64,000 nt of DNA from Candidatus Tayloriibacteriota bacterium (GCA_039934295.1 JBDTMN010000001.1:38091-102090); one strand, 5' to 3'; shown: positions 49,462 to 59,422, numbered from the stretch's first letter. Numbers and translations: made by a program. The notes: generated by a model not told the origin, from the letters alone.

Positions 49462-49569
49462 ATGGACCAAACACATCAAGAGGAAACAGCCCCTGTTTCA
49501 AAAAGGGAAAAACCCTTTGTCTGCCCAGTTGACCCTGCAGAGCTCGCACAGTGCGATTCCTGTCAGTAA
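49462..49569 (+). CDS. 35-aa ORF that duplicates the NrdA C-terminal Cys tail (candidate small protein or duplication remnant)
   Basis: MDQTHQEETAPVSKREKPFVCPVDPAELAQCDSCQ compared with the NrdA end KVCPVDPSELAQCEGCQ. It is too short for the ORF track and there is no clear RBS. Confidence 0.3.
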   Translation: MDQTHQEETAPVSKREKPFVCPVDPAELAQCDSCQ

Positions 49570-49704
49570 TTAACTAAATTTTGGCCGATTTCTTCGTTGC
49601 AAACGAATTTTTCTCCCGCGCAGTAGGTTAACTACAGCTTAGTCAAAAAATTCATTTGCGCCTCGAACTCGTCTCAAAATGTATTTAATTACGAATCGAA
49701 CTTT

Positions 49705-50082
49705 ATGAAAAAAACTCCCCAAAAAAAATCTGAAAATATTGCAGGTCTTCTGAAATTGCATCACGAAGATATGAAGAGGTATGTCGGAGCACAGAGTGAA
49801 ATTTTTCAAGAAAAACTTGACGGAGTCGTCGAATTAACAATGTCGACACGCGAAACGGTCATTAAACTTTCTGACGATGTCGGAACACTTACTGGAAAGG
49901 TTGGAGTACTTACTGGAAGAGTAGATAAACTTTCTGACGATGTCGGAACACTTTCTGGAAAAGTTGATAGACTTTCTCTCGACATGACCGAAGTAAAAAT
50001 GCTCCTGGTAAACAAGGCCGACAAAAAAGATCTCCGCGCCCTCGACGTGCGTGTCGGCGTTTTAGAAAAAGCAAAAAAGTAA
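49705..50082 (+). CDS. Small coiled-coil repeat protein, paralog of 12674..13192
   Basis: The N-terminal KRYVGAQSEIF motif is shared. It has LSDDVGTL(T/S)GKV repeats. Confidence 0.45.
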   Translation: MKKTPQKKSENIAGLLKLHHEDMKRYVGAQSEIFQEKLDGVVELTMSTRETVIKLSDDVGTLTGKVGVLTGRVDKLSDDVGTLSGKVDRLSLDMTEVKMLLVNKADKKDLRALDVRVGVLEKAKK

Positions 50083-50158
50083 AATTATTTTTTATGCTCC
50101 CGTATTTTATAATCTTAAACTTATCAACCTAAAAACTTATTAAATAACACCTACTCCC

Positions 50159-51196
50159 GTGCCCTTAATCGGAAAAGCATCGCCAGAAGATACAAACCTG
50201 CATCCCTTGAAATACAAGTGGGCTTATGACCTGTATAATCAGGCTGTCCGAAACACATGGTTTCCGCACGAAATCGCTCTCAAGGAGGATTTGGAAGATT
50301 GGGAAAAGATGACTGAGGACGAGAGGCATGCGGTGAAATTCCTGATGGCGTTCTTCAACCCCACCGAGCTCATCGTCAATCGCTCGCTCGCTTTGGGCGT
50401 TTACCAGTATTTGAAATCTCCGGAGTGTCATCTTTATCTTGCCAAGCAAATGTGGGAAGAGGCGAACCACTGCGTCGCGTTTGAGTATGTGATTGAAACA
50501 TTTCCATTTGACAGGGAAAAAGTGTTCGGTATTCACCTAAACGTTCCATCAATGCGGGCAAAGGAGGATTTCGTAAATAAATATTTGAAGCGCATGACCG
50601 AGGACACTCTCGATATTGAAACGGTGGAGGGCAAGAAAGATTTTATTCGAAACTTGGTCGCGACAAACATTGTTATGGAAGGCACGTGGTTTTATTCGGG
50701 TTTTATGGTCGCGCTTTCATTTCGACAGCGCAACCAGCTTCGCAATTTCGGTTCGATGATTACCTGGGTGCTTCGGGATGAGAGTCTGCATTTGCAATTC
50801 GGAATCAACTTGGTACACGCGGTCCTGGAAGAAAACTCCGAGCTTCTGACCGAAGATTTTGCGAACGAAATCAGAAAAATCGTGATAGAAGGGGTGAATC
50901 TCGAAGTTGCGTACAACAAAGACCTCTTTCCGAACGGAATTTTGGGATTAAACGCCGACTATGTGAACCAGTATGTTCAGTATGTTGCCGACCGTAGGCT
51001 CGAAGAGCTCGGACTCGAGAAGGCTTACAACGTCACGAATCCCGCCAAGTGGATGTCCACGGCCACCGACGTTTTTGAACTCGTCAACTTTTTTGAATCT
51101 CAAAACACGAGCTACGAGGTGGACTCCCACGCGCATACCACAACTCCAAAAAAGGACGGAGATGCGGGAGCGGAACAGGGGACACTCATTAAGTAG
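50159..51196 (+). CDS. nrdB: Ribonucleotide reductase class Ia beta subunit
   Basis: The di-iron ligand motifs EEANHCVAFEY and RDESLHLQF are present. Start is GTG. Confidence 0.85.
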   Translation: MPLIGKASPEDTNLHPLKYKWAYDLYNQAVRNTWFPHEIALKEDLEDWEKMTEDERHAVKFLMAFFNPTELIVNRSLALGVYQYLKSPECHLYLAKQMWEEANHCVAFEYVIETFPFDREKVFGIHLNVPSMRAKEDFVNKYLKRMTEDTLDIETVEGKKDFIRNLVATNIVMEGTWFYSGFMVALSFRQRNQLRNFGSMITWVLRDESLHLQFGINLVHAVLEENSELLTEDFANEIRKIVIEGVNLEVAYNKDLFPNGILGLNADYVNQYVQYVADRRLEELGLEKAYNVTNPAKWMSTATDVFELVNFFESQNTSYEVDSHAHTTTPKKDGDAGAEQGTLIK

Positions 51197-51269
51197 TCTC
51201 ATTGCATCCGGTCTCTGTTGTCATTCCCGCGAAAGCGGGAATCTAGATTTTAGTGCACACGTAAGTCCT

Positions 51270-51881
51270 ATGAAAAAAGTATTTCTCGCGACTAACAACG
51301 AAGGTAAAATTCAACGATTCAGAAGGCTTTTGAAAAGTCCGGGCTTTCAAGTTGAGTTGTTTACACCAAAAGATGTTGGTCTCTCGGAGATTAAAGTCGA
51401 GGAAAAGGGAAAAACGCTAGAAGAAAACGCCGAGCTTAAAGTTCGCGCGTATTTTGGCAAAGTAGATATGTCGATTCTTGCAAATGACACAGGTTTTTAT
51501 GTGGAAGGGAAGGGTTTTATTGACGCTCCAAAAAGACACGCACTGAAAGGAAAAGAAGAAAACAAAATGTCAAAAGAGGAGATTTCAAAGGAAATGTTAG
51601 AATTTTGGAAGGGTATAGTGACAAAGTATGGGGGCAAAGTTGATGCAGCATGGGTAGAAGCATTTGTTGTCATCCACCCAAATGGAAAAGTAAAGAAAGC
51701 TACCTCACGAAGAGAAATAATCTTGACCGACCAGGAATTCGGGAAGCCTCATATTCAAATGCCTTTACGCGCGCTTTATATCTCAAAGACGACGGGGAAG
51801 CCAGCTATTCAGCATTCTCCCGAAGAAGAGCTTATAGAAATGCAGCCAGTTATCGATGCTCTCACGAAGGTTTTGTCGTAA
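51270..51881 (+). CDS. Ham1/RdgB-like non-canonical purine NTP pyrophosphatase (divergent)
   Basis: LATNNEGKIQRF and ILANDTGFYVEGKGFIDAPKRHA resemble ITPase motifs. ATG at 51270 is preferred over the long upstream ORF. Confidence 0.45.
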   Translation: MKKVFLATNNEGKIQRFRRLLKSPGFQVELFTPKDVGLSEIKVEEKGKTLEENAELKVRAYFGKVDMSILANDTGFYVEGKGFIDAPKRHALKGKEENKMSKEEISKEMLEFWKGIVTKYGGKVDAAWVEAFVVIHPNGKVKKATSRREIILTDQEFGKPHIQMPLRALYISKTTGKPAIQHSPEEELIEMQPVIDALTKVLS

Positions 51882-51976
51882 ATTGTTTTTCTACCTATTC
51901 TCTTATTTCTCACGAATAGAGGATATAGAATAAGAGAATAAAAAAAGACCATTCCCTCGGAGAATGGTCCTACGAT

Positions 51977-52855
51977 TTACCCGAGCTTGGGGTATTTGTT
52001 CCTGATGTGAAATCTTGCCTTGCCGGTGGCAATCTCGATTTGCTTCACCGCGATTGCCACCCTGTTATCCTCGTTCAACGCCCCCCAGAATCGATCGAGA
52101 ATCGTTCCCTGATTGCCTGAAAGCGACATCAAAATAGGCTCGCCTTCGAATGCGGGGAGAGGATTTCCGTCTCCCGCGTAGGTGGTGATGCAGTAGCCAA
52201 AGCCGTCAGGAATATTGTCGTACTCGAAGAAAAAACGTTCACAAGAGCTGTCCGCTATGGATTTTCTTAAAATCGACAACTCGAATCGCGGATTCATTTT
52301 GAGTGAGCAAACTCCCGTGATGCGCGGTGTGTCATTTGGCGGATCCGCTTCGTATTGCCAGTTTCGCAGAATTTTCGATAATGGATTTTCGCAATTAATC
52401 CCATTCATCACCGCGTCAGTCTGATGTCCATTGCTCACGACGAAGTTCACGCCGTCATCACGCATAGCGCTGTAGATGATGTTCGTAGTGTCCTTGCCCG
52501 CCATCTTTTTAAGGTCCGCGGGGGCTGTAAACAGGTGACCTCGTTCTCCATCGGCGCAAAAAATGCGATTTCTGCTTTCCTCACTTCGTCCCGACATCCA
52601 GTATATCTCTTCCAGATAGTTCCCAGTGTCGTCAGGGCCGATTATGAGTCCCCGGCCGGGATAGCTATTTGCTCTCAACGAATTCAGGTTTCGCTCTGCC
52701 CGCAATGTCAACGATGTCAGTATGTCGTTCATATTTTGTTTTTCTCTTGGGTTGGTTTGACTCCCAAAGTTGCTTTCTTCAGGCATTCTATGAAGATTCG
52801 AAATGCAAGTCAATAAATAATCAACTACCCATGCCAAAGTGAGCGAGGTTGACAA
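51977..52855 (-). CDS. IMP cyclohydrolase PurO-like protein (archaeal type)
   Basis: YPGRGLIIG, VVSNGHQTDAV and TPRITGV match PurO conserved blocks. The start is uncertain; ATG 52785 or 52732 is possible. Confidence 0.5.
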   Translation of the reverse strand: MSTSLTLAWVVDYLLTCISNLHRMPEESNFGSQTNPREKQNMNDILTSLTLRAERNLNSLRANSYPGRGLIIGPDDTGNYLEEIYWMSGRSEESRNRIFCADGERGHLFTAPADLKKMAGKDTTNIIYSAMRDDGVNFVVSNGHQTDAVMNGINCENPLSKILRNWQYEADPPNDTPRITGVCSLKMNPRFELSILRKSIADSSCERFFFEYDNIPDGFGYCITTYAGDGNPLPAFEGEPILMSLSGNQGTILDRFWGALNEDNRVAIAVKQIEIATGKARFHIRNKYPKLG

Positions 52856-52920
52856 TTATTATAAGAAGTGGTATTATGGTTCCTGGTCTTACAACGGTGA
52901 TCATTTCGAAGTTTGAATTT

Positions 52921-53466
52921 ATGAAAAAAATAGACGTGTTCGTTGACTTGGAAGGCGTGGGGAGGATCGAAGGCTATAGAGACTTTCCTTCAAAGATCAA
53001 ATTCATTGCGAATGGGCTTACTGATGCGTTGTGCGACTGTGGGTTTACCATTTCATCAACGCAATTCTTTGCCTGTTACAAAAGGCCACGTGAGGTAATT
53101 CCCCCTGGATTCCAGACTAAAGTATGCGAAGTGGCCGCTGCCTTTAGATGTAGCATGCATTGGAGCAATTGTATTGCAGACACGGCGCTTATTGCGCGCA
53201 TCGAGTACTTACTCGTGAGCAATGCTTTGTCAGAGGCAGTCATGATTATCGCCAGTGACCATGATTTCATCGCTATCATAGACAAGCTGAGGGCAAACGG
53301 CCGATACGTTTTGGTCTCCGGGACCAATATGAATAAGAGACTTCAAAATCATGCTCACAAAGTTGTGCCGTTGAATGAGCTGTTGGATGTTACGAAGAAT
53401 GGTGAAACCGGCAAATATGACGCCCATTTTTCGAGTCCTTTGTGGAATCCGATACCGCTACCTTAG
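52921..53466 (+). CDS. NYN-domain (LabA-like, PIN-fold) protein
   Basis: IDVFVDLEGV and SDHDFIAIIDKLRANGRYV match NYN motifs. ATG at 52921. Confidence 0.5.
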   Translation: MKKIDVFVDLEGVGRIEGYRDFPSKIKFIANGLTDALCDCGFTISSTQFFACYKRPREVIPPGFQTKVCEVAAAFRCSMHWSNCIADTALIARIEYLLVSNALSEAVMIIASDHDFIAIIDKLRANGRYVLVSGTNMNKRLQNHAHKVVPLNELLDVTKNGETGKYDAHFSSPLWNPIPLP

Positions 53467-53477
53467 TTCATTTTTGA

Positions 53478-53508
53478 TGTCCTGCGCATGCCCATGCGCA
53501 GGACATTT
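53478..53508 (+). terminator. Rho-independent terminator of the NYN gene
   Basis: Perfect 12-bp stem gtcctgcgcatg-ccc-atgcgcaggac followed by a T-rich tail. Confidence 0.6.
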
Positions 53509-53567
53509 TCATTTGAAGAATGCATACAGGATATTGCCATATTGCTAGCATGTGGTATAATTATAAT

Positions 53568-54041
53568 GCTTTATATCAGATAGTTGCGTCCGCCTCAGGC
53601 GGATGAGGAAAGTCCGAACACAGACTCTTCGTAAGAAGGGTAAAAGGGTAGCGGGTAACGCCCGTCTAGGGTAACCTACGAGGTGCGAACAGAGACGCCG
53701 AATGCCGAAAGGCATGAGGCGCCCAGCATTTTCAAAAAGTGCTGGGCGAGTTCTTATAGCAATATAAGAGTTGCAACGGCTAAATCCTTACTTCTGTGCA
53801 AGGCCGTGCCGAGCATCAGAAATGGTGCTCGGAGTGCCGCTAGAGGTGAGTGGCAACACTCATCGGAGATAAATAACTATCGCCAATTTTGTTCACCATA
53901 GGTGGATACAAAATTGAGTCACGCCAGAGCTTAGCGTAGGCGGTCGATACCCGCCTTCGTCAGGGACTTCGGCGAGGTACTCGATTTTGCAACACCTACG
54001 GTGAGCAAAATCGGTACAGAATTCGGCTTATAGATATAAAG
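53568..54041 (+). ncRNA. rnpB: RNase P RNA, bacterial type A, with a large insertion
   Basis: P4 strands GAGGAAAGUCCGAACAC and ACAGAAUUCGGCUUAU are present. GGUAACGCC and GUGCGAACAGAGA blocks are conserved. P1 pairing is gctttatatc/gatataaag. About 474 nt. Confidence 0.8.
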
Positions 54042-54125
54042 TACATGACACAATCCGCCCTAAAGGCGGATTTGTCTTGTCGCTTTTGTTTGGTAAATTT
54101 CTTAAATGGACTATACTATTTTAAT

Positions 54126-55208
54126 ATGAAAAAGAAGATTAAAGTTGGAATATTGTTTGGAGGAAAATCCGCCGAGCATGAAGTATCGGTGCGCTCGGCA
54201 AGGAATGTGCTTGAGGCAATGGACAAGAGCAAGTACGAGCCGGTTTTGATTGGGATTGATAAGAAGGGCAGGTGGCATATGAGTGCAGATTCGAAAGCAT
54301 TGCTTCACCGAAAAAGTCTGGAGTCCGGCGAGGTGAGTAACTCGGACAGCGTCGCTCTTGTTAATGAAGGCTCTGGGAAATTGACGGGTTACACAAACCT
54401 GCAAAATGAAATATCTGTGGACGTTGTTTTCCCCATTCTTCATGGGCCGTTTGGAGAGGACGGCACAGTGCAGGGACTTTTAAAGCTCGCGAATGTTCCG
54501 TTTGTAGGCGCGGGGGTGCTCGGCTCTGCAGTGGGAATGGATAAAGATGTTATGAAAAGATTACTTCGAGATGCTGGGATTCCGATTGGGAAGTTCCTTA
54601 CATTTAAAACGGGAGACAAAATTGATTTCAAAAAAGTTAAATATGAGCTCGGACTACCGATGTTTGTGAAGCCAGCAAACATGGGCTCTTCGGTCGGAGT
54701 TTCAAAAGTGAGAAACGAAAATGAATTTAAGAAAGCAATAAAAACCGCTTTTGATTTTGATTTGAAAATTTTGATAGAGCAGAATATCGAGGGCAGGGAA
54801 ATTGAATGCGCGGTTTTGGGAAATGAAAAACCGATTGCGTCGGTGCCTGGAGAAGTTGTACTTACAGATGATTTCTATTCTTACGAAGCGAAATATATTG
54901 ACGAGAATGGGGCAGTAATTGAAATTCCCGCAAAGCTGGACAAGGTAACCGCAAAAAGAATTCAGACAATTGCTATTAAAACCTTCAAAGCTCTTTCCTG
55001 CGAGGGTCTGGGACGAGTGGATTGTTTTATAAAGAACGGAGATATTTTGGTAAACGAAATCAACACCATTCCCGGCTTCACGAGCATCAGCATGTACCCG
55101 AAGCTCTTCGAAGTGTCTGGAATTTCCTATAGCAACCTCATTGATCGCCTCATTACTCTTGCCATCGAACGATTCAAAAAAGAGCAAAAACTTAAGACTT
55201 CATATTAG
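54126..55208 (+). CDS. ddl: D-alanine--D-alanine ligase
   Basis: IKVGILFGGKSAEHEVS, HGPFGEDGT..GLL and the ATP-grasp region are present. ATG at 54126. Confidence 0.85.
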   Translation: MKKKIKVGILFGGKSAEHEVSVRSARNVLEAMDKSKYEPVLIGIDKKGRWHMSADSKALLHRKSLESGEVSNSDSVALVNEGSGKLTGYTNLQNEISVDVVFPILHGPFGEDGTVQGLLKLANVPFVGAGVLGSAVGMDKDVMKRLLRDAGIPIGKFLTFKTGDKIDFKKVKYELGLPMFVKPANMGSSVGVSKVRNENEFKKAIKTAFDFDLKILIEQNIEGREIECAVLGNEKPIASVPGEVVLTDDFYSYEAKYIDENGAVIEIPAKLDKVTAKRIQTIAIKTFKALSCEGLGRVDCFIKNGDILVNEINTIPGFTSISMYPKLFEVSGISYSNLIDRLITLAIERFKKEQKLKTSY

Positions 55209-55302
55209 TTGTTTCATCTATTCTCCTATTCTCACGAATAAGAGAATAGTTCTCATGTTCATTATTTTTAAGCTACAGCTTAAAAATAATGAACAAATAT
55301 GT

Positions 55303-56667
55303 TTATTTTTCACTATCGATTAGTTGGGTGAGCTCGGCGATTTTTTCGTCAAGCGTTTTTTTATCTGTGGATTCGATATTGAGACGTATGAGTGGCTCTG
55401 TGTTTGAACCGCGGAGGTTAAAGCGCCACGAGGGGAATTCGAATGAAATTCCATCGATTTCTTCAAATTTTCCTTTTTGTGTGTCGTAAAATTTTCTGAC
55501 AGATTCTAGGACGAGCTTTACGTCTTTTACCTTAAAATTAAGTTCGCCCGGGGTGTGATATTTTTCTTTGTATGGTCTCACGAGTTCCCCCAACTTTTTC
55601 CCTGTCGAGGAGAGCTCTTCAAGGATAAGTAAGAAGGGAATCATGCCGTTGTCGCAGTAAAAGTTATCTTTGAAATAATAGTGAGCGCTGTTTTCTCCCG
55701 CGAAGAGTGCATTTTCTTTCCTCATCCTCTCCTTGATAAACGTATGCCCGACTTTATTCGTGAGAAAAATACCGCCCGATTTCTCGACTTCTTCTTTGAT
55801 TGCCCAAATGAGACGGGGGTCGGAAATTACCTTTTGACCCGACACATTCACGGCTCTAAGCAGGATTTTTGCCAACAATGCGGTAATGTAGTACGCATGA
55901 ATAAATTCTCCATTTTCGTCAAAAAAGAAACAGCGGTCAGCATCGGCATCCCACGCCACGCCAAAATCCGCGCCGGTTTTTCTTATAAGTGCAATCGTTT
56001 CGCTTCGATTTTCCTCTCGAAGCGGGTCGGGCGGACCCTTAGGAAATTCTCCATCCGGTTTTTCATTAAGGAGGACGAGCTCGATTGGGGAGCCTTTCAC
56101 AAGCTCTTCTGCCACCATGCCCGCCATGCCAAAGTTGCCGTTCGCGACAACTTTCATTGGCTCGAGTCCGCTGAAATTGACGAAAGTTTTTATATGTTCG
56201 ATATACGAAGGAAGAATAGCATATGAATCAAGCGTTCCGGATTTGCCTCTCACATCTATGTCCGAATTGTGTAGAATGAGGTCTCGTAAATCAAAAATTC
56301 CGCTGTCAGAACTTATCGGGTAGCTGTTCTTTAATACCAGCTTGAGGCCGTTGTATTCTTTTGGATTATGTGAAGCAGAAACTATGATTCCTCCGTCACT
56401 CTCAAGTTTTACCACCGCGAAGTACATCATATCTGTTCCCGCGCGACCGATATCTGTTACCCGCACGCCGTTTTCGGTGAGGCCTTTGACCAGTGATTCT
56501 TTTAGGGATTTTGAACTGGTTCGAACATCTTCTGCCACCACTACATTTTTGACATGAAAATGCTTGACGTAGGCTTTTGCAATCAAGTAAACTGCCTCCT
56601 CGTTGATTTCAGAAGGATAAATACCTCGAATATCGTAGGCCTTAAAAATTGCAGGATTTATAGGCAT
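55303..56667 (-). CDS. Phosphoglucomutase/phosphomannomutase family protein
   Basis: The active-site motif SASHNP and the N-terminal FKAYDIRG are present. Confidence 0.8.
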   Translation of the reverse strand: MPINPAIFKAYDIRGIYPSEINEEAVYLIAKAYVKHFHVKNVVVAEDVRTSSKSLKESLVKGLTENGVRVTDIGRAGTDMMYFAVVKLESDGGIIVSASHNPKEYNGLKLVLKNSYPISSDSGIFDLRDLILHNSDIDVRGKSGTLDSYAILPSYIEHIKTFVNFSGLEPMKVVANGNFGMAGMVAEELVKGSPIELVLLNEKPDGEFPKGPPDPLREENRSETIALIRKTGADFGVAWDADADRCFFFDENGEFIHAYYITALLAKILLRAVNVSGQKVISDPRLIWAIKEEVEKSGGIFLTNKVGHTFIKERMRKENALFAGENSAHYYFKDNFYCDNGMIPFLLILEELSSTGKKLGELVRPYKEKYHTPGELNFKVKDVKLVLESVRKFYDTQKGKFEEIDGISFEFPSWRFNLRGSNTEPLIRLNIESTDKKTLDEKIAELTQLIDSEK

Positions 56668-56701
56668 GTGCTTTTACCTTCTCGATTAGAACCTATAGGT
56701 T

Positions 56702-57076
56702 CTACGAGTTCACTTTTTCGTCTTGTTGCTCCAACTTCACCTCCGCCTCGACATTTGAAACCGGTTTTCCGATAAGGAAGAGTTTGACGATAGCTACCGC
56801 AACGACCCAATACACAAGCATGGCAAGAAGTGTTGTCCATTCAAATACGGAGCCCAAAACTTCGGGGGAATGAACGACGTAGAGGAAGGGGAGCGCCAAA
56901 GGGTAAGAAATCGAATAGACGAAGTTGGTAAATCCGGCGGGGTTGGCGCCAATCAACTTCAAAATCAGTCGAAACATAAGAATAATTTCTATAAGATAGA
57001 GAATATACCACACAATCTGCGTGCCCTTATAGATGGGCTTCACATTTTTGCTATCCGAGTTTACAATAGTAGACAT
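56702..57076 (-). CDS. YggT-family membrane protein
   Basis: 124 aa with TM helices and a YGGT-like pattern. Confidence 0.4.
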   Translation of the reverse strand: MSTIVNSDSKNVKPIYKGTQIVWYILYLIEIILMFRLILKLIGANPAGFTNFVYSISYPLALPFLYVVHSPEVLGSVFEWTTLLAMLVYWVVAVAIVKLFLIGKPVSNVEAEVKLEQQDEKVNS

Positions 57077-57135
57077 AAAGATAATTAAAGTTAATAATTT
57101 CCCTACTATCTTACCATAGGTTACTCTTAAATAAC

Positions 57136-57366
57136 ATGTATATAAAAGTCCGGGCGCAAGCGGGTGTTACACGGGAAAAGATTATAGAGAAATCGATGAC
57201 TCACTTTGAGATTTGCGTGAAAGAGATGCCAATCAGGAATTTGGCAAACAAGAGAATTATTGAAATCATTTCCAAAAAATTCAAAGTGCCTCCGAATAAG
57301 GTGCGAATCATTAGCGGGCATCGGTCGCCTTCTAAAATTCTCTCAGTGGATGATGTTTCAGAATAG
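57136..57366 (+). CDS. YggU/DUF167 family protein
   Basis: 76 aa. The motif NLANKRIIEIISKKFKVPPNKVRIISGHRSPSKIL matches DUF167. Confidence 0.55.
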   Translation: MYIKVRAQAGVTREKIIEKSMTHFEICVKEMPIRNLANKRIIEIISKKFKVPPNKVRIISGHRSPSKILSVDDVSE

Positions 57367-57431
57367 ATAGAGAGATGATACAATCAGATGACACAGTTAG
57401 ATAGAAAGAATTACTACTTACTTAAAATTTT

Positions 57432-57815
57432 GTGCTAAGGATACAAATAAAAGCCACCAACACCTCCCTCACTCCTGCCATCAAGGAGTATGTGGAGAAA
57501 AAAATCGGGTCACTGGAAAGAATGATAAAGCCCGATGACACGAGCGCCCTTGCCGATGTCGAGATTGAAAAAACTACCAATCATCACAAGGATGGGGAGG
57601 AATTGTTTCGGGCCGAAGTGAACTTGCGAGTTGGCAAGGCATATTTCCGCGCCGAGGCATCAAACTTTGACCTTTACGCGGCCATCGATTTTCTCAAAGA
57701 TGAAATGCATCGCGAATTGAGCGTAAACAAGAGAAAGACGATACATATGATAAGAAAAGGAGGGCAAGCGATAAAAAATATTATAAAAGGTTTTAGTCGT
57801 TTTAAGAAAAAATAA
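57432..57815 (+). CDS. hpf: Ribosome hibernation promoting factor (HPF/RaiA family)
   Basis: IQIKATNTSLTPAIKEYVEKKIGSLER... matches the RaiA fold signature. Start is GTG. Confidence 0.75.
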   Translation: MLRIQIKATNTSLTPAIKEYVEKKIGSLERMIKPDDTSALADVEIEKTTNHHKDGEELFRAEVNLRVGKAYFRAEASNFDLYAAIDFLKDEMHRELSVNKRKTIHMIRKGGQAIKNIIKGFSRFKKK

Positions 57816-57998
57816 TATGCGAATTCAAATATCGTGGAATCCGAGGCAGTTAGCGGAAAGATGGGTTTCAATAACGGTGCTTATAGGCTGTACGCTCATT
57901 ACTGCCGGTATCATTTATTTATCGTATACTGCGGACAACCTAGGGGAAAAATGGGCGTCGGGGAGAAGCAACGAACTTCAGGAAGCGGGTCTTAGTTA

Positions 57999-58865
57999 TT
58001 AGAGGGGGGACTGCTTTTTCCAATCAGAGTAAGATATTTCTTTCCTGCCTTCCGGGGTGACTTTAAGGATTTCAAGTTTTCCATTTTCGAATTTTGCGTC
58101 CCGAATAATTACTCTTATTTGTTGGCCTTTTTTTTGCGAAAAAAAGTAGGGCTTCGGCCATTCTCTATACGCCTGGATTTTTCTCCAATTCGTCAATGGG
58201 TTCTCGCCCAAATCAATGAGGCCGTCCTCCTTTCTTATTTTTTTGGTGTAGCTCGCGTTGACGTGCTCCTGTTCTCTCGGCTGAATTTTCCCCGCCACAA
58301 AATCAGGAATGACCTCAAGAAGGAGTTTTCCTCCAATCAGGGAGAGCGCCTCGACAAGCTCGAAACTCGTAGGAAGGGGGTCGGGCATGGGATAAGTCGT
58401 AAGTCCTACTATCGGTCCGTGGTCGAGTTTTTCGTCCATGAGAACAACGGATACTCCCGTTTCAGTGTCTCCATTTAGGATTGCCGCTTCTGCCGGAATC
58501 GCCCCCCGATATTTCGGAAGTAGGGAAAAATGCAGATTCAGCGAGCCATTTTGGGGTAAATCAAGTAGCCAATTGGGCATCATTTTTCCATACGAGACGA
58601 CAACTCCCAACTGGTACTTTTTTTTGGAAATTGATTCTCTGAACGAAGCGTCTTCCAAGTTTGAGGGTTGCAGAAACGGGATTTCATTTTCTATCGCCCA
58701 TTGTTTTACTTCGGATGGAGAGAGTTTAAGACCGCGTCCTTTCGGCATATCGGGCGCGGTAACTATAAGTGAAGGGATAAGCCCCCCACCTTTTAGAATC
58801 TCGAGTATTTTCGCTCCTCGACGGGGCGTGCCGAAAAAAATGAATTTTATGGAAAGTGTGTTCAT
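57999..58865 (-). CDS. fmt: Methionyl-tRNA formyltransferase
   Basis: Formyltransferase N- and C-domains are present. Its ATG overlaps the def stop in ATGA. Confidence 0.8.
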   Translation of the reverse strand: MNTLSIKFIFFGTPRRGAKILEILKGGGLIPSLIVTAPDMPKGRGLKLSPSEVKQWAIENEIPFLQPSNLEDASFRESISKKKYQLGVVVSYGKMMPNWLLDLPQNGSLNLHFSLLPKYRGAIPAEAAILNGDTETGVSVVLMDEKLDHGPIVGLTTYPMPDPLPTSFELVEALSLIGGKLLLEVIPDFVAGKIQPREQEHVNASYTKKIRKEDGLIDLGENPLTNWRKIQAYREWPKPYFFSQKKGQQIRVIIRDAKFENGKLEILKVTPEGRKEISYSDWKKQSPL

Positions 58866-59422
58866 TTGTTAATCGATATTTCTTCGTCCGTTAGTTCTTT
58901 CACATCCACCGCTTTATCGATAAAAAGAATTCCGTTTAAGTGATCGATTTCATGTTGGAAGATTTGGGCTAGGAGACCGCTCGCGCCTCTTTCAAACAGT
59001 TTTCCATTTTCATCATATGCCCGTATTTTGGCTCTCGCGCTCCTCTCAATTTTTCCGAAGAGCGGACGGACGGAGAGACAGCCTTCATCAACCATCACCT
59101 TTTCTTTCGAGAGCTTTACGATGACAGGATTAATAAAAACTTCATTTTCGCTTTTGACGACTTTTTTCGTCGCCGGTGGGGAAAGAGAATCAGGATTGCT
59201 CCTTCTTCTTATTTTTTCCGATAGGTTGGGATCAATAATGAATAATCGAAGCGAGTATCCAAGCTGTGGGGCGGCCAGCCCCACTCCGTCGGCCTCCTTG
59301 TGAAGCGCTTCTTTCATTTCCTCGATAACTTTTCTTATTTTAGGGCTTACAATCTCATCTTCCGGGATTTCCTTCGCTATTTGCCGAAGGACTTTTTCAT
59401 CTTTTTGGACGATTTTTTTCAT
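58862..59422 (-). CDS. def: Peptide deformylase
   Basis: The motifs GxGxAAxQ (GLAAPQLG), EGCLSV and QHEIDHL are present. ATG at 59422; the listed TTG start overlaps hairpin h. Confidence 0.85.
   Translation of the reverse strand: MKKIVQKDEKVLRQIAKEIPEDEIVSPKIRKVIEEMKEALHKEADGVGLAAPQLGYSLRLFIIDPNLSEKIRRRSNPDSLSPPATKKVVKSENEVFINPVIVKLSKEKVMVDEGCLSVRPLFGKIERSARAKIRAYDENGKLFERGASGLLAQIFQHEIDHLNGILFIDKAVDVKELTDEEISINK

Noticed and set aside
53683-53901. 72-aa ORF inside the RNase P RNA
   Set aside because: It lies within a well-supported ncRNA and has no coding signal.
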